Source of the DNA: the human T2T-CHM13v2.0 reference genome, Homo sapiens
Length of the DNA: 64,000 nucleotides
Direction: 5' to 3' (one strand)
Assembly: GCF_009914755.1 (NCBI RefSeq)
Contig: NC_060926.1
Numbering within the stretch: the stretch's first letter is position 1; each line of letters starts with the position of its first letter. Below the pieces are notes generated by a model. The model was given only the letters and a program-made list of their open reading frames with translations, made no database searches and was not told where the DNA came from. Below are positions 1-13,129 of this stretch, piece after piece. Position numbers and translations under genes: made by a program.

Positions 1-69
1 GCAATAGCTTAATAGCAACCCTATAAAGGAAATCCTATTATCATAGATATTTTACAAATAATCATAATA

Positions 70-300
70 ATAGATAATACACATGAGATCATTCTAAGCA
101 CTTTACACGTATTAGCTCATTTGGTCTTCACAATAAACCTATGAGGTAGATAATATTATCCCCATCTACGAATAAGGAAATTGAGGCACACTGAATTAAA
201 ATGACTTGCTCAAGGTCATCCAGCCGGTAAGTGTGGAGAGGAATCCAACGTGGGTGGTCCCATGCCAGAGTTTATACTCATATTATCTCACCATACTGCT
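70..300 (-). mobile_element. MIR SINE fragment
   Basis: Reverse complement of the MIR core (..ccccatct..aggaaattgaggcac..tgacttgctcaaggtca..). Confidence 0.8.
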
Positions 301-479
301 TCCACTTCTGGTGTTTTCCAGAAACGTGGGAAGTGAGATTCAAAGGGAAAAAGACAGACACTGGGTGGGTGGGAGGAAGAGGCATATTAACACAAAGCGA
401 CTGTGATACAGTTGGCTATGGCCATAAAACAATGACCAAATTACCCTTTTGGTGTTTAGGATTGCTAACAGTCATGGGC

Positions 480-941
480 CTAATACTCCTGAAGCCTGAG
501 GTCACCTGAAAGTTCCTGAACCTCTTCCCAGATTTTGCAGCATGGCAAAACAGGTTTTGCTGCAGGATGGGTTATGGGAGCGGGGGGAGAAGAAGAGGGA
601 AAATGTATGAGGCAAAGATGGTCTTGCTAAACAGATGAAACTTCACAGGTAGCAGTCCTGCTCTCAAGGAGGAAAAATATAGACGGTAGTCTGAGGAAAA
701 TGTTTCTCTGTCAGACCTTGAAAGGTGTCAAGCTCTCAGCTAATCTTTCGTAGATGCAGACCAGGAGGGTTGTGGGGTGGCATAAGAGAAATCCTGTTTG
801 CACCGGCTGTTTACTTCACTTTACTTCCTCCGCAGGTGCAAATATCCCCCACAAAAGACAGCTTTTCAGGAGTTTTCTTGTGTCTGCAGGGTATGTCAGA
901 GAAGTATATTTTGGGGTGAAATATTTTTGGCTTCCTTTACA
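480..941 (-). mobile_element. ERV1 solo LTR, MER34-group
   Basis: Minus strand begins TGTAAAGGAAGCCAAAAATATTTCACCCCAAAATATACTTCTCTGACAT, typical of the MER34-group LTR 5' end; left boundary approximate. Confidence 0.65.
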
Positions 942-1146
942 TGTTATATAGATAATAGCTGAGAAGGGGAAATGGCCAGGCAAACACTTGTAATAGACGG
1001 TGTTGCTACAGTCTAACCTATGGGCCTGGTGGGCACACAAGAAGCTGTCAATTTGACTGTGGTGGAAGGAGGGCAGGAAGAGGATGGGTAACATCTGGCA
1101 TGTGTTGGGATGAAGTTAATTCTGCCCTGACTGTGAATGCCATCAG

Positions 1147-1226
1147 GTCTCCTGACGCGGGGGCTCCTCTAGCAGCTGTGTTACCTGCACCAAACAAAAA
1201 GGCTCATAACCCTGAATTTACCCCAG
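1147..1226 (+). pseudogene. Candidate decayed exon (LLTRGLL*QLCYLHQTKRLITLNLPQ)
   Basis: ccctgac branch-like motif, catcag acceptor, one in-frame TAG; would end phase 0 at CAG but the donor is non-canonical (cag|tgtataag). Confidence 0.3.
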
Positions 1227-1593
1227 TGTATAAGACATGGGACCAGGGCATGGCCCCTTTCAGATCAAATTGGTTGATATTTGGGTCTGAGTTTATATAC
1301 CATCATGAAAATTCTATAATAGAGCAAGTGACAAATAGTGCTACAGGAATAAATACATTTTGTTTTATCCTGATGGGCTTTGGCCTTGAAGACAGGTTCT
1401 CCTGCAGTGCAACGCTGTCCCCAGAGCTTCCCCTGTGTTTCTAGCCTGAGGTGCTCTGTTCCTTCCCTCCCTGTCCTTCAGGGCTCTGCGGACCCTAATC
1501 CTAGACTGCAGTTATGCAGACTGTCTCCCTCAGAGTTGGGGGACCCACCCGTGCCTCCCACAATTGCTCTCCCTTCTCTGAACCCGTCTTCAG

Positions 1594-1658
1594 TTTGCTA
1601 ACCAGTTTTTGTACCTTGCAAACCACCCAGTTACAGTTCAGCCAGTATCGGTGTCCAG
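1594..1658 (+). pseudogene. Exon of decayed gene (FANQFLYLANHPVTVQPVSVS-R)
   Basis: Pyrimidine-rich acceptor ..ctcccttctctgaacccgtcttcag, strong donor CAG|gtaaga, 65 bp open, phase 0 to 2. Confidence 0.6.
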
Positions 1659-1789
1659 GTAAGAACACTGACAAGAACCGGCCTTCATTTTCTCTTTATA
1701 ATACCCAGACTTTTTTTCTTTTTTTAAAGACGCTTCATTGAAATACCATCCACATAGCGTCCAACCTGCCCACTTAAAGGCATAATTCA

Positions 1790-2030
1790 GTACAGCATGG
1801 TGACTACAGTTAACAACAGTGTATTATATTCTCGAAAATCACTGAGAGAGTGGACTTTGAGTGCTCTCACCACACAAAAAAAGATAAATAGGTAATGCAT
1901 ACGTTAATTAGCTCAATTTAGCCATCCCACAATGTATACATATTTCAAAACATCATGCTGTATACAACAAACACATACTATTCTTATCTGCCAACTAAAA
2001 AAATCAAATAAATTAATTTTAAAAATAAAG
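1790..2030 (+). mobile_element. L1MA 3' end fragment inserted in the older L1
   Basis: tacagcatggtgactacagttaacaac..gttaattagctcaatttagccat..catcatgctgtatac followed by an A-rich tail. Confidence 0.75.
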
Positions 2031-2879
2031 CATAAAGTTCAATGTTTTTCGGTGTATTCACATACTTGCACAACTATTATTACAATCTAATGTTTGAGCA
2101 TTTCTGTCACGTCAAAAAGAAGCCTCACTCTCATTAGTGGTCACTCCCTGTTCCTCTTTTGTTTATCCATTTCTCAGTTGTTTCTATGTTTTGGCTATTA
2201 TGAATAATGATACGATGGACATTTGCATACTACTTCTTCTGAAAATATATGTTTTCTTTGCTTTTTGGGTATTGTTAAATTTGGCCTATAGCTGCCTTCT
2301 TACACATTTTAAGTTCAGCCTAAAATTTCTCCATAGGTAGTGAATTGTATAGGGGGCATGAGAAAATTTCCCTTTGTCCTCTGAAGTTTCACTGAAAAAT
2401 CAACTGACAAAATGCATATTAATAGGAGAAATAACACAAATGTATTAACATGCACAGAGGGAGAACCACAGAGTAATCATGCCATATCCTATCAGGGCCC
2501 AGATACATATATAACTTCATTTCAGAGGGGTGGGGAGTGGGGGACTAAAGGTAATTCTGTTGAAGGGCAATAAATAATTTCTAGGCAGAATAAATGGATC
2601 AGGGAACAGAGATTAACCTGTAAATGGTTCTCTTTGGAATTTGAATGAGCCTGAGAGACAGACATCATCTTGAGAAAGGGTCTGTTTGGGCATAGTTGCA
2701 TTCTTGGTCTTCTTTTCTGCAATAGATAATGAGTTAACAAGGAGGGGAAGGAAAAATAAAAAGTGTTCTCCTCTTTGGTGGGTCCATCTCGTCTTTATGT
2801 AGATAGAGGGGAAGTCTCTTCAAGTGTCTCTTTGATCTCTAAGGGCTTTTAATTTTAAAATGCTCACTATACCAGGGAG

Positions 2880-3027
2880 ATATATATATATATAAATATA
2901 TATATATAAAATATATATAAAAAATATATATATATAAAATATATATAAAAATATATATATAAAATATATATAAATATATATATAAAATATATATATAAAT
3001 ATATATATATAAAATATATATATATAT
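2880..3027. repeat. (TA)n / TATAAAA microsatellite
   Basis: Directly visible, about 148 bp of pure A/T. Confidence 0.95.
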
Positions 3028-3050
3028 TTCTGTTTGATAAGTTTTGACAA

Positions 3051-3391
3051 TTTTTTTTTATACTTTAAGTTCTGTGTTACATGTGCAGAATGTGCAGGTT
3101 TGTTACATAGGTATACACATGCCGTGGTGGTTTGCTGCACCCATTAACCCGTCACCTACATTAGGTATTTCTCTTAATGCTCTCCCTCCCCTAGCCCTCT
3201 ACCCCCAGACAGGCCCCCGTGTGGTGTGCGATGTCCCCCTCCCTGTGTCCATGTGTTCTCATTGTTCAACTCCCACATATGAATGAGTACATGCGGTGTT
3301 TGGTTTCTGATCTTGTTATAGTTTGCTAAGAATTATGGTTTCCAGCTTCATCCATGTCCCTGCAAAGGACACGAACTCATCCTTTTTTTAT
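3051..3391 (-). mobile_element. 5'-truncated L1PA 3' end
   Basis: ttatactttaagttct..acatgtgcagaatgtgcaggtttgttacataggtatac..tccatgtccctgcaaaggac. Confidence 0.9.
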
Positions 3392-6300
3392 GGGAGCCAT
3401 ATTTTAAGAGTGAAGTTCCCTGTGCTCCTTCAACTGTAACCTCACTTGATGTGTAAATAGACTGTGACGTACTCTTGTAACAAGTACCTGAATCTCAGCC
3501 AATCACAGCAGCCGGCTTTTGACCAGTCACAGGTGGCTAACTGTTCAGCGTGTTGTCAAATAAAGCAAACTGAGCTGTAACCATTCCAGCTGCTTCTGTA
3601 CCTCCCTTCTGTTTTCTATACATCATTTTCCTTTCTCTATCCATAAATGTTTTCCAGGCAAGTGGCAGTCCCAAAGTGGCTTTGAACTTGTTCTGGTTTG
3701 GGGGCCTGCCTGAGTAGTGAATTGTTCTTTGCTCAGTTGAACTCTGTTAAATTTAATCTGTCCAACTCTTTTTATGGTATATACATAGGAGTGAACTTCC
3801 TGGGTTATATGTTAACACTTTAACATTTTGAGGAACTGCTAACATGTTTTCCACCGTAAAAATTTGTCTATTTTTTCCTTTGTTTGTTGTGTTTTAATAT
3901 CATATCAGAGAAATTATTGCCCAGTCCAGGGTCATGAAAATTTGGATCAATATTTTCTTCTAAGAGTTTAGTTTTATACTTTTAGTTCTCACATTAAGGT
4001 CTTTGATCCATTTTGAGTTATCTTTGTATATGATATGAGGTAGAGATGCAAATTCATCTTTTTGCATGTGAGTATCCAGTTGTACCAGATTTATCTGATT
4101 GAAAAGACTTCTTTCTCCCATTGATTAGTCTTGGCCCTACTGTAAAATATCAATTGACCATATATGTGCAAATTTATTTCTGGAATCTAAATGAGATTTC
4201 ATTGACTAATACATCTATCCTTCTGCCAATACTTTTCTATCCTCATTATTGTAATTATGTAGTAATTTTTAAAATTTAGAAGTACAAGTCATACAATTTT
4301 GTTCTACTTTTTCAGGATTGTTTTGAATATTCCGGGTCTCTTCCATTTCTATATTAATTTTAGGATAAACTCATCAATTTCTGCCAAAAAATTTAAATTT
4401 TGAAAGATATTTTATTGAATCTATAGATAAATTTGAATAGTATTGTCATCTTAATATTAAATCTTCTAATTCATAAAAACAAAATATATTTCCATTAATA
4501 TAGACTTTCTTTAATTTCTTCCATCAATAATTTGTTCTTTTCTGTGTATAAATCTTGCACTTCTTTGGTTAAATGGATTACTATGTTTCTTGAATTTTTG
4601 ATGCAATTATAAATCAAATAGTTTCCTTGATTTTATTTCAGATTTTCATTGCTCCTTCATAGAAGTACAACTAGGTTTTGTATACTAATCCTGTTTTTTA
4701 CACTCCTTCTGACTCTAACAGTTGTTTTTGTTTGTTTGTTTTTTTGTAGATGCTATAGTGTTTTTGATACATAAGATCACATTACCTACAAACAGAGATT
4801 GGTTTACTGCTTTTTTTAATCTGGAAGAGTTTTATTTATTTTCCTTGACTAATTATCCTGATTAGAACCTCTGACACAATGTCTAATAGAAGTGGTGAGG
4901 GCAGTTTCTTTGTCTTCTTCCTCATTTTAGGAAGAAAGCTTTTAGTCATTCACCGTGAAGTATGATGTTAGTTATGGATTTTCATTAAAGCCTTTATTTG
5001 GCTGAAGAATTTCCCTTCTATTACAAGTTTGTTGAATTTTTCTTTATCATAAAAGTATTGAAATTTGTAAATGTTTCATCTTAATCTGTTGAGATAATCA
5101 TGTGGTTTTTGTTCTTTATGCTATTTATAGGACTTAAAATATTATGTTAAGTGATTGTTTTCATGTTAAATCAACCTTTAATTCCTAGAATAAGTCTCAT
5201 GGGTATAATTATTTTCATTTTCTATTGAATTCAGTTGGCTAGTTTTTTCTAAGGATTTTTACGTCTATATTCATAAGGGGCATCAGTCTGTAGTTTACTT
5301 TTCATGTGATGTCTTTGTCTGGTTTTGATATTGGGGAAAAATGGCTATATAGAATAACTTTGGAAGTATTCCCTCCTCTTCTATTCTTCAAAAGAGTTAA
5401 TGAAGGATTTGTCTTAATTTTTAAGTATTTGATAGAATTTAGCAGTGAAACTATCTGGTTCTAGATTTTTCTTAGGGAATATTTTTGATCACTGAGTATC
5501 TCTACTTGTTATAGGTCTCTTCAGGTTTTTCTTTTACTTCTTTTTGAGTCAGTTTTGGTAGTTTGTATCTTTCCAAAACTCTTTATAATTCATCTACATT
5601 TTATTATTTATTGACATAAAAGTGTTATAGTATTCCCTCGTAATCCTTTTTGCTTACATAAAACCAGTAATAACGTCCTTCTTTCATTCCTCATTTTAGT
5701 AATTTGAGTCTCCTTGCATTGTTTTCTTCGCAGGTCTAGCAAAAATTTTGTGAATTTTGTTGATACTTTGCAAATCTGTTGGCATACTGACTTTCCCCTC
5801 TTGGTTTTCTATTCTCCATTTTCTGTGTTTATCCTCACTCTAATCTTTCTTATTTTCTTCTTTCTGCTTGTTCTGGGTTTAGTTTGGTCTTTTTTTTTTA
5901 ACCTTTTTTTAAGTGGAAAATTAGTATTGATTTGAGGTCTTTTTTCTTCTATACTGGAAGTTTTTATAGCTATAAATTTATCCCTGAATACTTATTTGGT
6001 TGTATCCCATAAATTTTGGTATGTTATCTTTTCATTTTATCTTGAAGTATTTCCTAATTTTTTTCTTTGACCCATTGATTGATTATTTAAAGGCACGTTC
6101 TTTAATTTCCAAGTACTTATACATTTCCTAGTTTTTCTCTTTTTTTGTACTTTTTTCCATTGTGGTTTAGAGAGATATTTTGTATGACTGCAATCATTTT
6201 AAATATAATGAGGCTTCTTTTTTAGCCTAATGTATTGTCTACCCTGAATGATGTTCCATTTACACTTCAGAAAAATGAGTACTCTGTTGTTGAGTAGAGT

Positions 6301-6777
6301 GTTCTGTATATGTTTGTTAGGTCTAGTTGATTAGTAATATTGTTCAAATAGTCCATTTTCCTGGTGGTCTTTTTTTTAGTGGTGATCTTTTGTAAAGTAG
6401 GTTATTAAAGTCTCTACTATTGTATAGTTATCTTTCTTTCTTCATTTCTGTGTGTTTTTGTTTCATTTATTTTAGGGCTCTGTTGTGAAATAAATATCTG
6501 TTTATGTTTGATATGTCTTTCTGAAAGATTGACCTTTGTGTCATTATAAAATGTTCTTCTTTGTCAACATTAACAAATTGTTTCCTGAAAGTTGGTTTTG
6601 TCTAATATTAGTAGAAACACTCCATCTCTCTTTTGATTACTGCTTGCTTATATATCTTTCTCAATCCTTTTACTTTCAACCAATTTGTTTCTAAATATCA
6701 AGTGAATCTCTTGTAGATAGATAGCATATAGTTGAATCATGATTTAAAAAAGAGGTCTATTCTGCCCATTTAAGCTT

Positions 6778-7076
6778 TATTTATTTATTTATTTATTTAT
6801 TTATTTTTTGAGACTGAGTTTCACTCACCCAGGCTGGAGTGCAGTGGTGCGATCTCGGCTCACTGCAGCTTCCCCTTCCTGGGTTCAAGTGATTCTCTTG
6901 CCAAGTAGCTGGGACTACAGGTGTACACCACCACGCCCAGCTGATTTTTGTATTTTTAGTAGAGACAGGGTTTCACCATGTTGGCCAGGCTGGTCTCAGA
7001 CTCCTGACGTCAAGTGATCTATCCCCTTTGGCCTCCCAAATGCTGAGATTACAGGTGTGAGCCACCGCACCTGGCC
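6778..7076 (-). mobile_element. AluS with (TTTA)n tail
   Basis: Full dimeric Alu, reverse orientation. Confidence 0.95.
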
Positions 7077-8971
7077 CCATCTCACCTTTTAATCTTTCTA
7101 TATGTAGTTACTCATAAGTTAGCATCTCACTGCGCCCGGCCCCATCTCACCATTTTGATCTTTCTATATGTAGTTACTCATAAGTTAGCATTCTGTTCTA
7201 CCATTTTTCTATTGTTTTCTATGTGTCTTAGGTGTCTTTTTACCTCTATTCCCCCATTACCCCTTTCTTTTGAGTTAAATAAATATTTCCTTGTATAGCA
7301 TTTTAATTCCCTTTTCATTTCTTTTACTATATATCTTAAGCCATTTTCTTGATGAGTGTCCTGAATATTATAATTATTATATTAATGTATAACAGATTAC
7401 CACCAATTAAATTTCAATTGTATGCAAAAACTTTGCTCTACCCTTTACCCTTGCCTTTATGCTGCTATTGTCACAAATTGCCTTATATATTTTATGTGCA
7501 TCAATATAGATTTATCGTTATTGCTTTATGAAGCTGTTGTTTAAAATCAGTTAAAAAAAGGTGCTACAGACGAAAAATAAGATAAATTCAAAATACAGCA
7601 TAAACTTATTTTTTGTTTGCTCCTATATAGCTCCCTTCACCCACTTATTTTTTACCAGTCCTTATTTCTTCATGTTGATTTGAGTTACTCTCTAGTCTCC
7701 TTCCATTTTCGTATTTCTTATAGGGCAGGTCTGGTAGTGACAAACTCTCTCCATTTTTTTTTTTTTCAGAATGTCTCAATTTCTATTTTCTTCTTTAGAA
7801 TAGTTTTGCTGGATGTGGGATTCTTGTGTGACATGTTTTTCTTTCAGCACTGTGGTTATGTTATTCTCCTGACCATTGGGCTCCATGGTTTCAGATGATA
7901 AGTCAGCTGATTCTCTTATTAAGGATCCATGTATGTAAGTTGCTTCTCTCTTGCTTCTTTCAAGATTCTTTCTTTGGCTTTCCACGCTTTGATTATAATA
8001 CCATATTTAAGTATGAATCTCTTTTAGTTTATTATACTTGGAGTTTATTGAGCTTCTTGGATGTTTAGATTAATAGTCTTCATTAAATTTGGAAAATTTT
8101 CAGACATCAGTTCTTCAAGTGTGTTTCTGTATGTTTCTCTCCTTTCTCCTTCTAGTTGCTTGATTATCCCATATATTGGTATACTTTATGGTGTCCCATG
8201 TGTGTCTTAGAATCTATTTTTATTTGTCCTTATTTAAAAAAATTAATCAGCCTGGGTTATCTCAATTGACCTCACTTCAAATTTGCTGCTTCTCTTTTCT
8301 GTTTGAATTTGTTGTTTAGCTTCTGTAGTGATTTTTTCACTTCAACAATTGTATTATTCAATTATATAATTTCTCTTTAGTGATATTTCCTACTAGAGAG
8401 AAATTGTTCTCATGCTTTAAAAAAATTTCTTTAGACGTGCTTTCCTTTAGGGCCTTGAACATATTTAAAACAGTTGATTTAAACTCTTTGTCTGGTAAGT
8501 CCAACGCTTGAGCTTCCTCAGGAACTGTTTGTATTAACTGCTTTGCCTGTGTATTGACTATACTTTTAAAATTCTTTTTCATGTCTTGCAATTTTTTTTA
8601 AATGTGGGCATTTAAAATTATATAATATGGTAATCTGGAAATAAGCTTCTTCTCTCCTTCCAGAGTTTGTTTTTGCTGCTCATCATTGCAGTTGTTGGTT
8701 TTTGTGTAATGGCTTTTCTGAACTAAGTATTTGTAGAATGCATCTTTTATTGTGTATGCCGAAGTTTCTACCTGGTTATCTTAGTGATCAGCTAATAATG
8801 CACCAGGATTTTCTTAAATGCCTGGAACAAATAAATCTCAAATTTCCCAGGAGTTGTTTTATTCATGTTGGAGTGTACTTTTAACACTCAAACAGGCAGT
8901 TGAAAACTCTGCCTTACCATTTACTTCCTGCTTTTTCAGAGACTGAAGGTCAGCCAGAGGTGAGAGCTTAG

Positions 8972-9291
<320 letters not shown>

Positions 9292-10133
9292 AGAATTTTC
9301 TTGATCATATGAACAGCCCTACATGTGTGCCTGCTGTGTTTCCAGGAATATGTAGGAGCTTTCAAAACCCTTGTAGACATCTTCTTAGCTTTTCCCTTTA
9401 AGGTTTTGGTTGCTATATTGTTTGTGCCACCTTTTATCTATTGCCTCATTTAGTCATATCTTTAAAACATTTACCAATAAAGACGTCAACAAACATTTCT
9501 GTCATTGGGGAAGTGCTTTCAATACTGGATGACCAATAAACACAGGCATTTCTAGTCAGGTCTTCCAGAAAACCACTAGACAGGTAAAATAATAAAAACG
9601 CTTTGGGAATTATCTTCTTTCTGTTCCCTCCAGTACTAGTAATAAAAGCCATTGTTTTCAAGGCTATCACTGAAGCTAAGAAGTTATTACAGGACTAGAG
9701 TAGTTTAAAATGCCACAAAGCTCGACACCATGCAGATGTTTTTCTTGAATAAAAACATCCTGGGTTGTTGCAAGCCATCGTTGGATTTACAGAGTTCTGA
9801 AAAAGTTGGTTTTGACACTAAAAAATATATACATATAAATTGTTTTAATAGAGGTGCAAATTTTCAGAGGTCCTTAATCTTCTCTTTTCAAGCATTTCTC
9901 TATTTTTATGTATTTAAGTGGTTATAAATTTTGCAGCAATTAACACCTACATGTATATATATTGTTGTTCTCATTATTTTCTATAATATAATCTTATAAC
10001 TGGAATAACTAAGTTACAAGGTAAACAATCATACTCTGAGAAATACTGCCCTAAGTCAACAAGTAGATTTGGTAATGGAAAGCAAAATTAATCCTACAGT
10101 GAATATTTGTTAATACTTCTTAATTTTCTTTAG

Positions 10134-10215
10134 ATATGGAATAATTTTGGCTTGAGACTTTGAACATCCAACTTTTTATCATAAATGATTTCATTATCAT
10201 TTATTGGTGGAGTTT
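10134..10215 (+). pseudogene. Exon of decayed gene (R-YGIILA*DFEHPTFYHK*FHYHLLVEF)
   Basis: Acceptor ttcttaattttctttag, donor TTT|gtgaga; 82 bp, phase 2 to 0, completes the AG|A codon from exon 1594-1658; two TGA stops. Confidence 0.5.
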
Positions 10216-10324
10216 GTGAGAAATTGAGTGCATTGGGCACTGCAAAGGCTGTAATCCAGGGCTTATCTCACCCCAGTAGATTTGTGACCTGTCACTAATT
10301 GCCTTGTGCTTTCCTTTTCCATAG

Positions 10325-10588
10325 GAATATAGAAAAAAAGTTTCCTTCCTATAATGAAGTTTTAATTTTTAGACAAATGAAATGCAAAATCTATCTTTCC
10401 CTTGGCTTGAGTTGAGCAGGATCATAGATATCACAAATCTATCGTAGATGAACTTTGAAAGCTTAAGGGATTTATAATAGCTGCAAATTTTATTAACAAA
10501 GCACTTCTTGCTGCTGCGTGAATGCAAAAGTAGCTGAAGTGTCCTTATTGGAGAACTTTTCTCTCGCTCTGTGCAGAGCACTAACAGA
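10325..10588 (+). pseudogene. Exon of decayed gene (EYRKKVSFL**SFNF*TNEMQNLSFPWLELSRIIDITNLS*...LQILLTKHFLLLRECK...SVQSTNR)
   Basis: Branch cactaat plus ctttccttttccatag acceptor; donor AGA|gtaagt; 264 bp = 88 codons, phase 0 to 0; seven stops in this frame, so heavily decayed. Confidence 0.55.
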
Positions 10589-11406
10589 GTAAGTCAGGCA
10601 AAGATTACTCAGCTAATTGACTAGAAGCTGAGAATCGCTAATCAGACCAAATGATCCTTCATGGTGTAACCCCAGCACATGAATAATTGTGGGAGTCTGT
10701 GTTGAATGATGATTATCTTGTGGTGCTTATATGTGTATAAATGGTAATGTTTAGGAAACCATCTTTGGACATTAACAACAACAAAACATCTAAAAGAGTA
10801 ATGATCAAGCAGCATGGAGCTTCAACAAGCAGTCAGGGATGCAAACATTTAGGCTCAGCAGTGCCTTCTCCAGATTTCATTTTTAATTTGCAAATTCTTA
10901 GGGGATGTATATAAAGTTCTTAATATTTTGAAATGAATGAAATGACATGACTAGTGGAAGAGGAGGCCTATAGGAATTAGAGCGACCTGCACTTGTTTCC
11001 ATTTCCTTAATTTCTGTGTGTAGCTGGGTGACATGGTTCTAAACCCTCCTGGATGGGTGAAAATCCATCAGATCTGTAGCCAGAGCATCAAGATCCAGGG
11101 TGAGTGTAACTTGCATGCAGGCTGTATCCAGAGTCCTGCCCCATGACCCTTGTCCCTGCCCAGATCTTTCATAGGTCACAGAGATCTGACACCTGCTTCC
11201 CTTCAAATTCCCACAGTCTCTGTTAACCCACCCTCATCCAGGGTGAAGCTTAGATTTCTTTTCTAATAGTAGAAATAACATTCCAGATACCATGTTCTGT
11301 CTGGTTATCCCTGCCATGGGCTGCAAAGCCCCGTGAATGCTGGGGAGCGGGGGTGGTCAAGGAGTTGATGTTACGGACCCTGCTCTGCCCTGTTTCCCTC
11401 CTACAG

Positions 11407-11484
11407 AAAGCAGCACAGTGTAAGGGGGAACTGCTGAACCGAATGCTCCCCGCAGCAGCTCTGCAGGAGATATATTGTGATATG
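11407..11484 (+). pseudogene. Candidate exon (KAAQCKGELLNRMLPAAALQEIYCDM)
   Basis: Strong acceptor ccctgtttccctcctacag; 78 bp open, phase 0 to 0; donor gtagaa is weak and overlaps a MIR-like start. Confidence 0.4.
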
Positions 11485-11592
11485 GTAGAAACATCATGGG
11501 CTTAGGACTTTTCAACTTTCTGGGTTACCTTGGGCAACATTCCTGCTCTGAACCTGAGTTTTCTTATAGGTAAAATAGATGTTGGGTAATTT
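11480..11592 (+). mobile_element. MIR-like fragment
   Basis: gttaccttgggcaa..ctctgaacctgagttttctta..gtaaaat core. Confidence 0.6.
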
Positions 11593-12554
11593 ATTAAGAC
11601 TTCTTATCTAAGAGCCTTAGGTTCAGCCTGACCCTCCAATGTTGAACTTGGCTCACACTTGTGTTTTTGGAGAAGTCTTCCACAGCATTCTGTACTTCCC
11701 TGGCTTGAAGCTTACCACAGCACATGGGAATCCCATGGTCAGTTTCCCCAGCACAAGTTCCGTGTTTGTCTAGTCCATAAGCACATTGGCACATATCTAG
11801 CACACATATTAGCTTCTTGGGCACTTCTGGGGTGAGAGAGTGAATGAGTGAAAGTGATTATATCTCCTAAATTGCTGTGGGTCTCAGAAGCAATTGATCC
11901 TACGCTTGTTTTTTTAGCCATATCAACTAGTAAAAGAATTTGGAGCTTGGTCCATTTTAACTGTTTTGCTAAATATTTTGCATTTATCAGGAGCACATAA
12001 TTTAATAATTTTTTTTTGCATGAAACCGTTATGAAACCATGCCCAGTGCCCAATTTTCTCCTGCAGGAAAGGCATAGAGAGGAGCCCTGAACTTTTTGTG
12101 TCTGGGAGGATGTGAGCAGCAGGTCAAGGTCAGGCAGGGATCAAGCTCAAATCAGGATTATCTGTTGAGTGGCCAGGAGCAAGGCACAGCCAAAACACCA
12201 GAGTCCCAAGAGCAGAGGGGTGGAACTGGGAAAGGGAAGGACAAGGGGATAGTTTTAGGATGCAGGGCAGGTGCCTGTTTCTGCTGTGTGCATTGTCCTG
12301 GTGTGTTGGCGTGCATCCATGGAGCAGACCCAGCTATGGCAAACAGCAGCTTGACCCCTTTTCCCATCTGCCTCCTGTTTTCCTGCCCTAGGCCTCCAAA
12401 CCTAGTCTTCCCCGGGCTAAGGTTTCTTTCCAGTCAATCATATCTTATTCTCCAGATTTCCTACATTGACCTTCATCTACCTTTAGTTTATATAAAATCT
12501 CTTTAAAGTTCAAGGATCAGACACCAGACACCCACATCCCCTACCCCCAAAATA

Positions 12555-12742
12555 ATCCTCAACCACGGCTGCATTCAAACATCATTCCCAGAGACTTTTT
12601 AAAATACCTATCCCTGAGTGTTAGGCCAGGCCAACTAAATCACAGTCCCTTAGGCATAGAACACGAGATTCAGTTTTGTTTTGTTTTTTATCTTGAGCTC
12701 CCCAGGTATTTCTAATTTGTAACCAGCGTTAAGAACTGCAGC
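12555..12742. mobile_element. MER5A-like hAT-Charlie MITE
   Basis: ctcaacc..ggctgcatt..aaatcac..ctccccaggtatttctaat..agcgttaagaactgc. Confidence 0.65.
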
Positions 12743-12901
12743 CTTAGAAACCAGCACTTGTGTGGGAGAAGGGCTGGTTTTGCCTCATCATTGCTTTGAA
12801 TTGATCTCTGCTGGCTGCTGCAAATTCTACACCCATTTTGCTTTATTTCTCATTAACTCCACTATTTTTTTCTTCTCTGCTGTACTCTGATCATAACAAA
12901 G

Positions 12902-12946
12902 AACAGGATCCTCAGAGACTGGGAAAAAGATGAACATTTCTGACGG
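12902..12946 (+). pseudogene. Candidate exon (NRILRDWEKDEHF*R); may instead extend to the donor at 13057|gtaagg
   Basis: Long upstream pyrimidine tract, aag acceptor, donor CGG|gtatgt, 45 bp phase 0 to 0. Confidence 0.35.
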
Positions 12947-13129
12947 GTATGTGTGTCCACCCAGCACCCAGTCTTCTTCTGCTCCCGTGTCTATGTCATG
13001 CATCAGCACCCAGGACGGACAGCGTCAAGTTCCAGAGAGTGTTTAACAAGGGTTAGGGTAAGGGTTACCAATTGTCAACTGCTGCTGATTTGATTTTGTT
13101 TATACTTATTTTTGAATTTTTGGTTCCAA

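Larger units (their letters stand above)
2346..3432 (-). mobile_element. MER34-group LTR nested in the MER57-like LTR and itself interrupted
   Basis: TG...CA termini (tgtatagggg / ctccttca); motifs aatcaactgacaaaa..attaataggagaaa; ccatatttt resumes after the L1PA piece. Confidence 0.65.
2273..3772 (+). mobile_element. MER57-like ERV1 LTR, split into 2273-2345 and 3433-3772
   Basis: tgttaaatt..gcctatagctgcc..ttttaagttcagcctaaa..agtgaa resumes as actgtaacctcacttgatgtgtaaatagactgt..agccaatcac. Confidence 0.75.

Noticed and set aside
1100-1444. 114-aa ORF as a standalone gene
   Set aside because: No recognisable domain or promoter/polyA context; the exon-like reading lies in another frame
2820-3140. 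Y/I/F-rich 106-aa ORF
   Set aside because: Translation of the (TA)n microsatellite and L1 3' UTR
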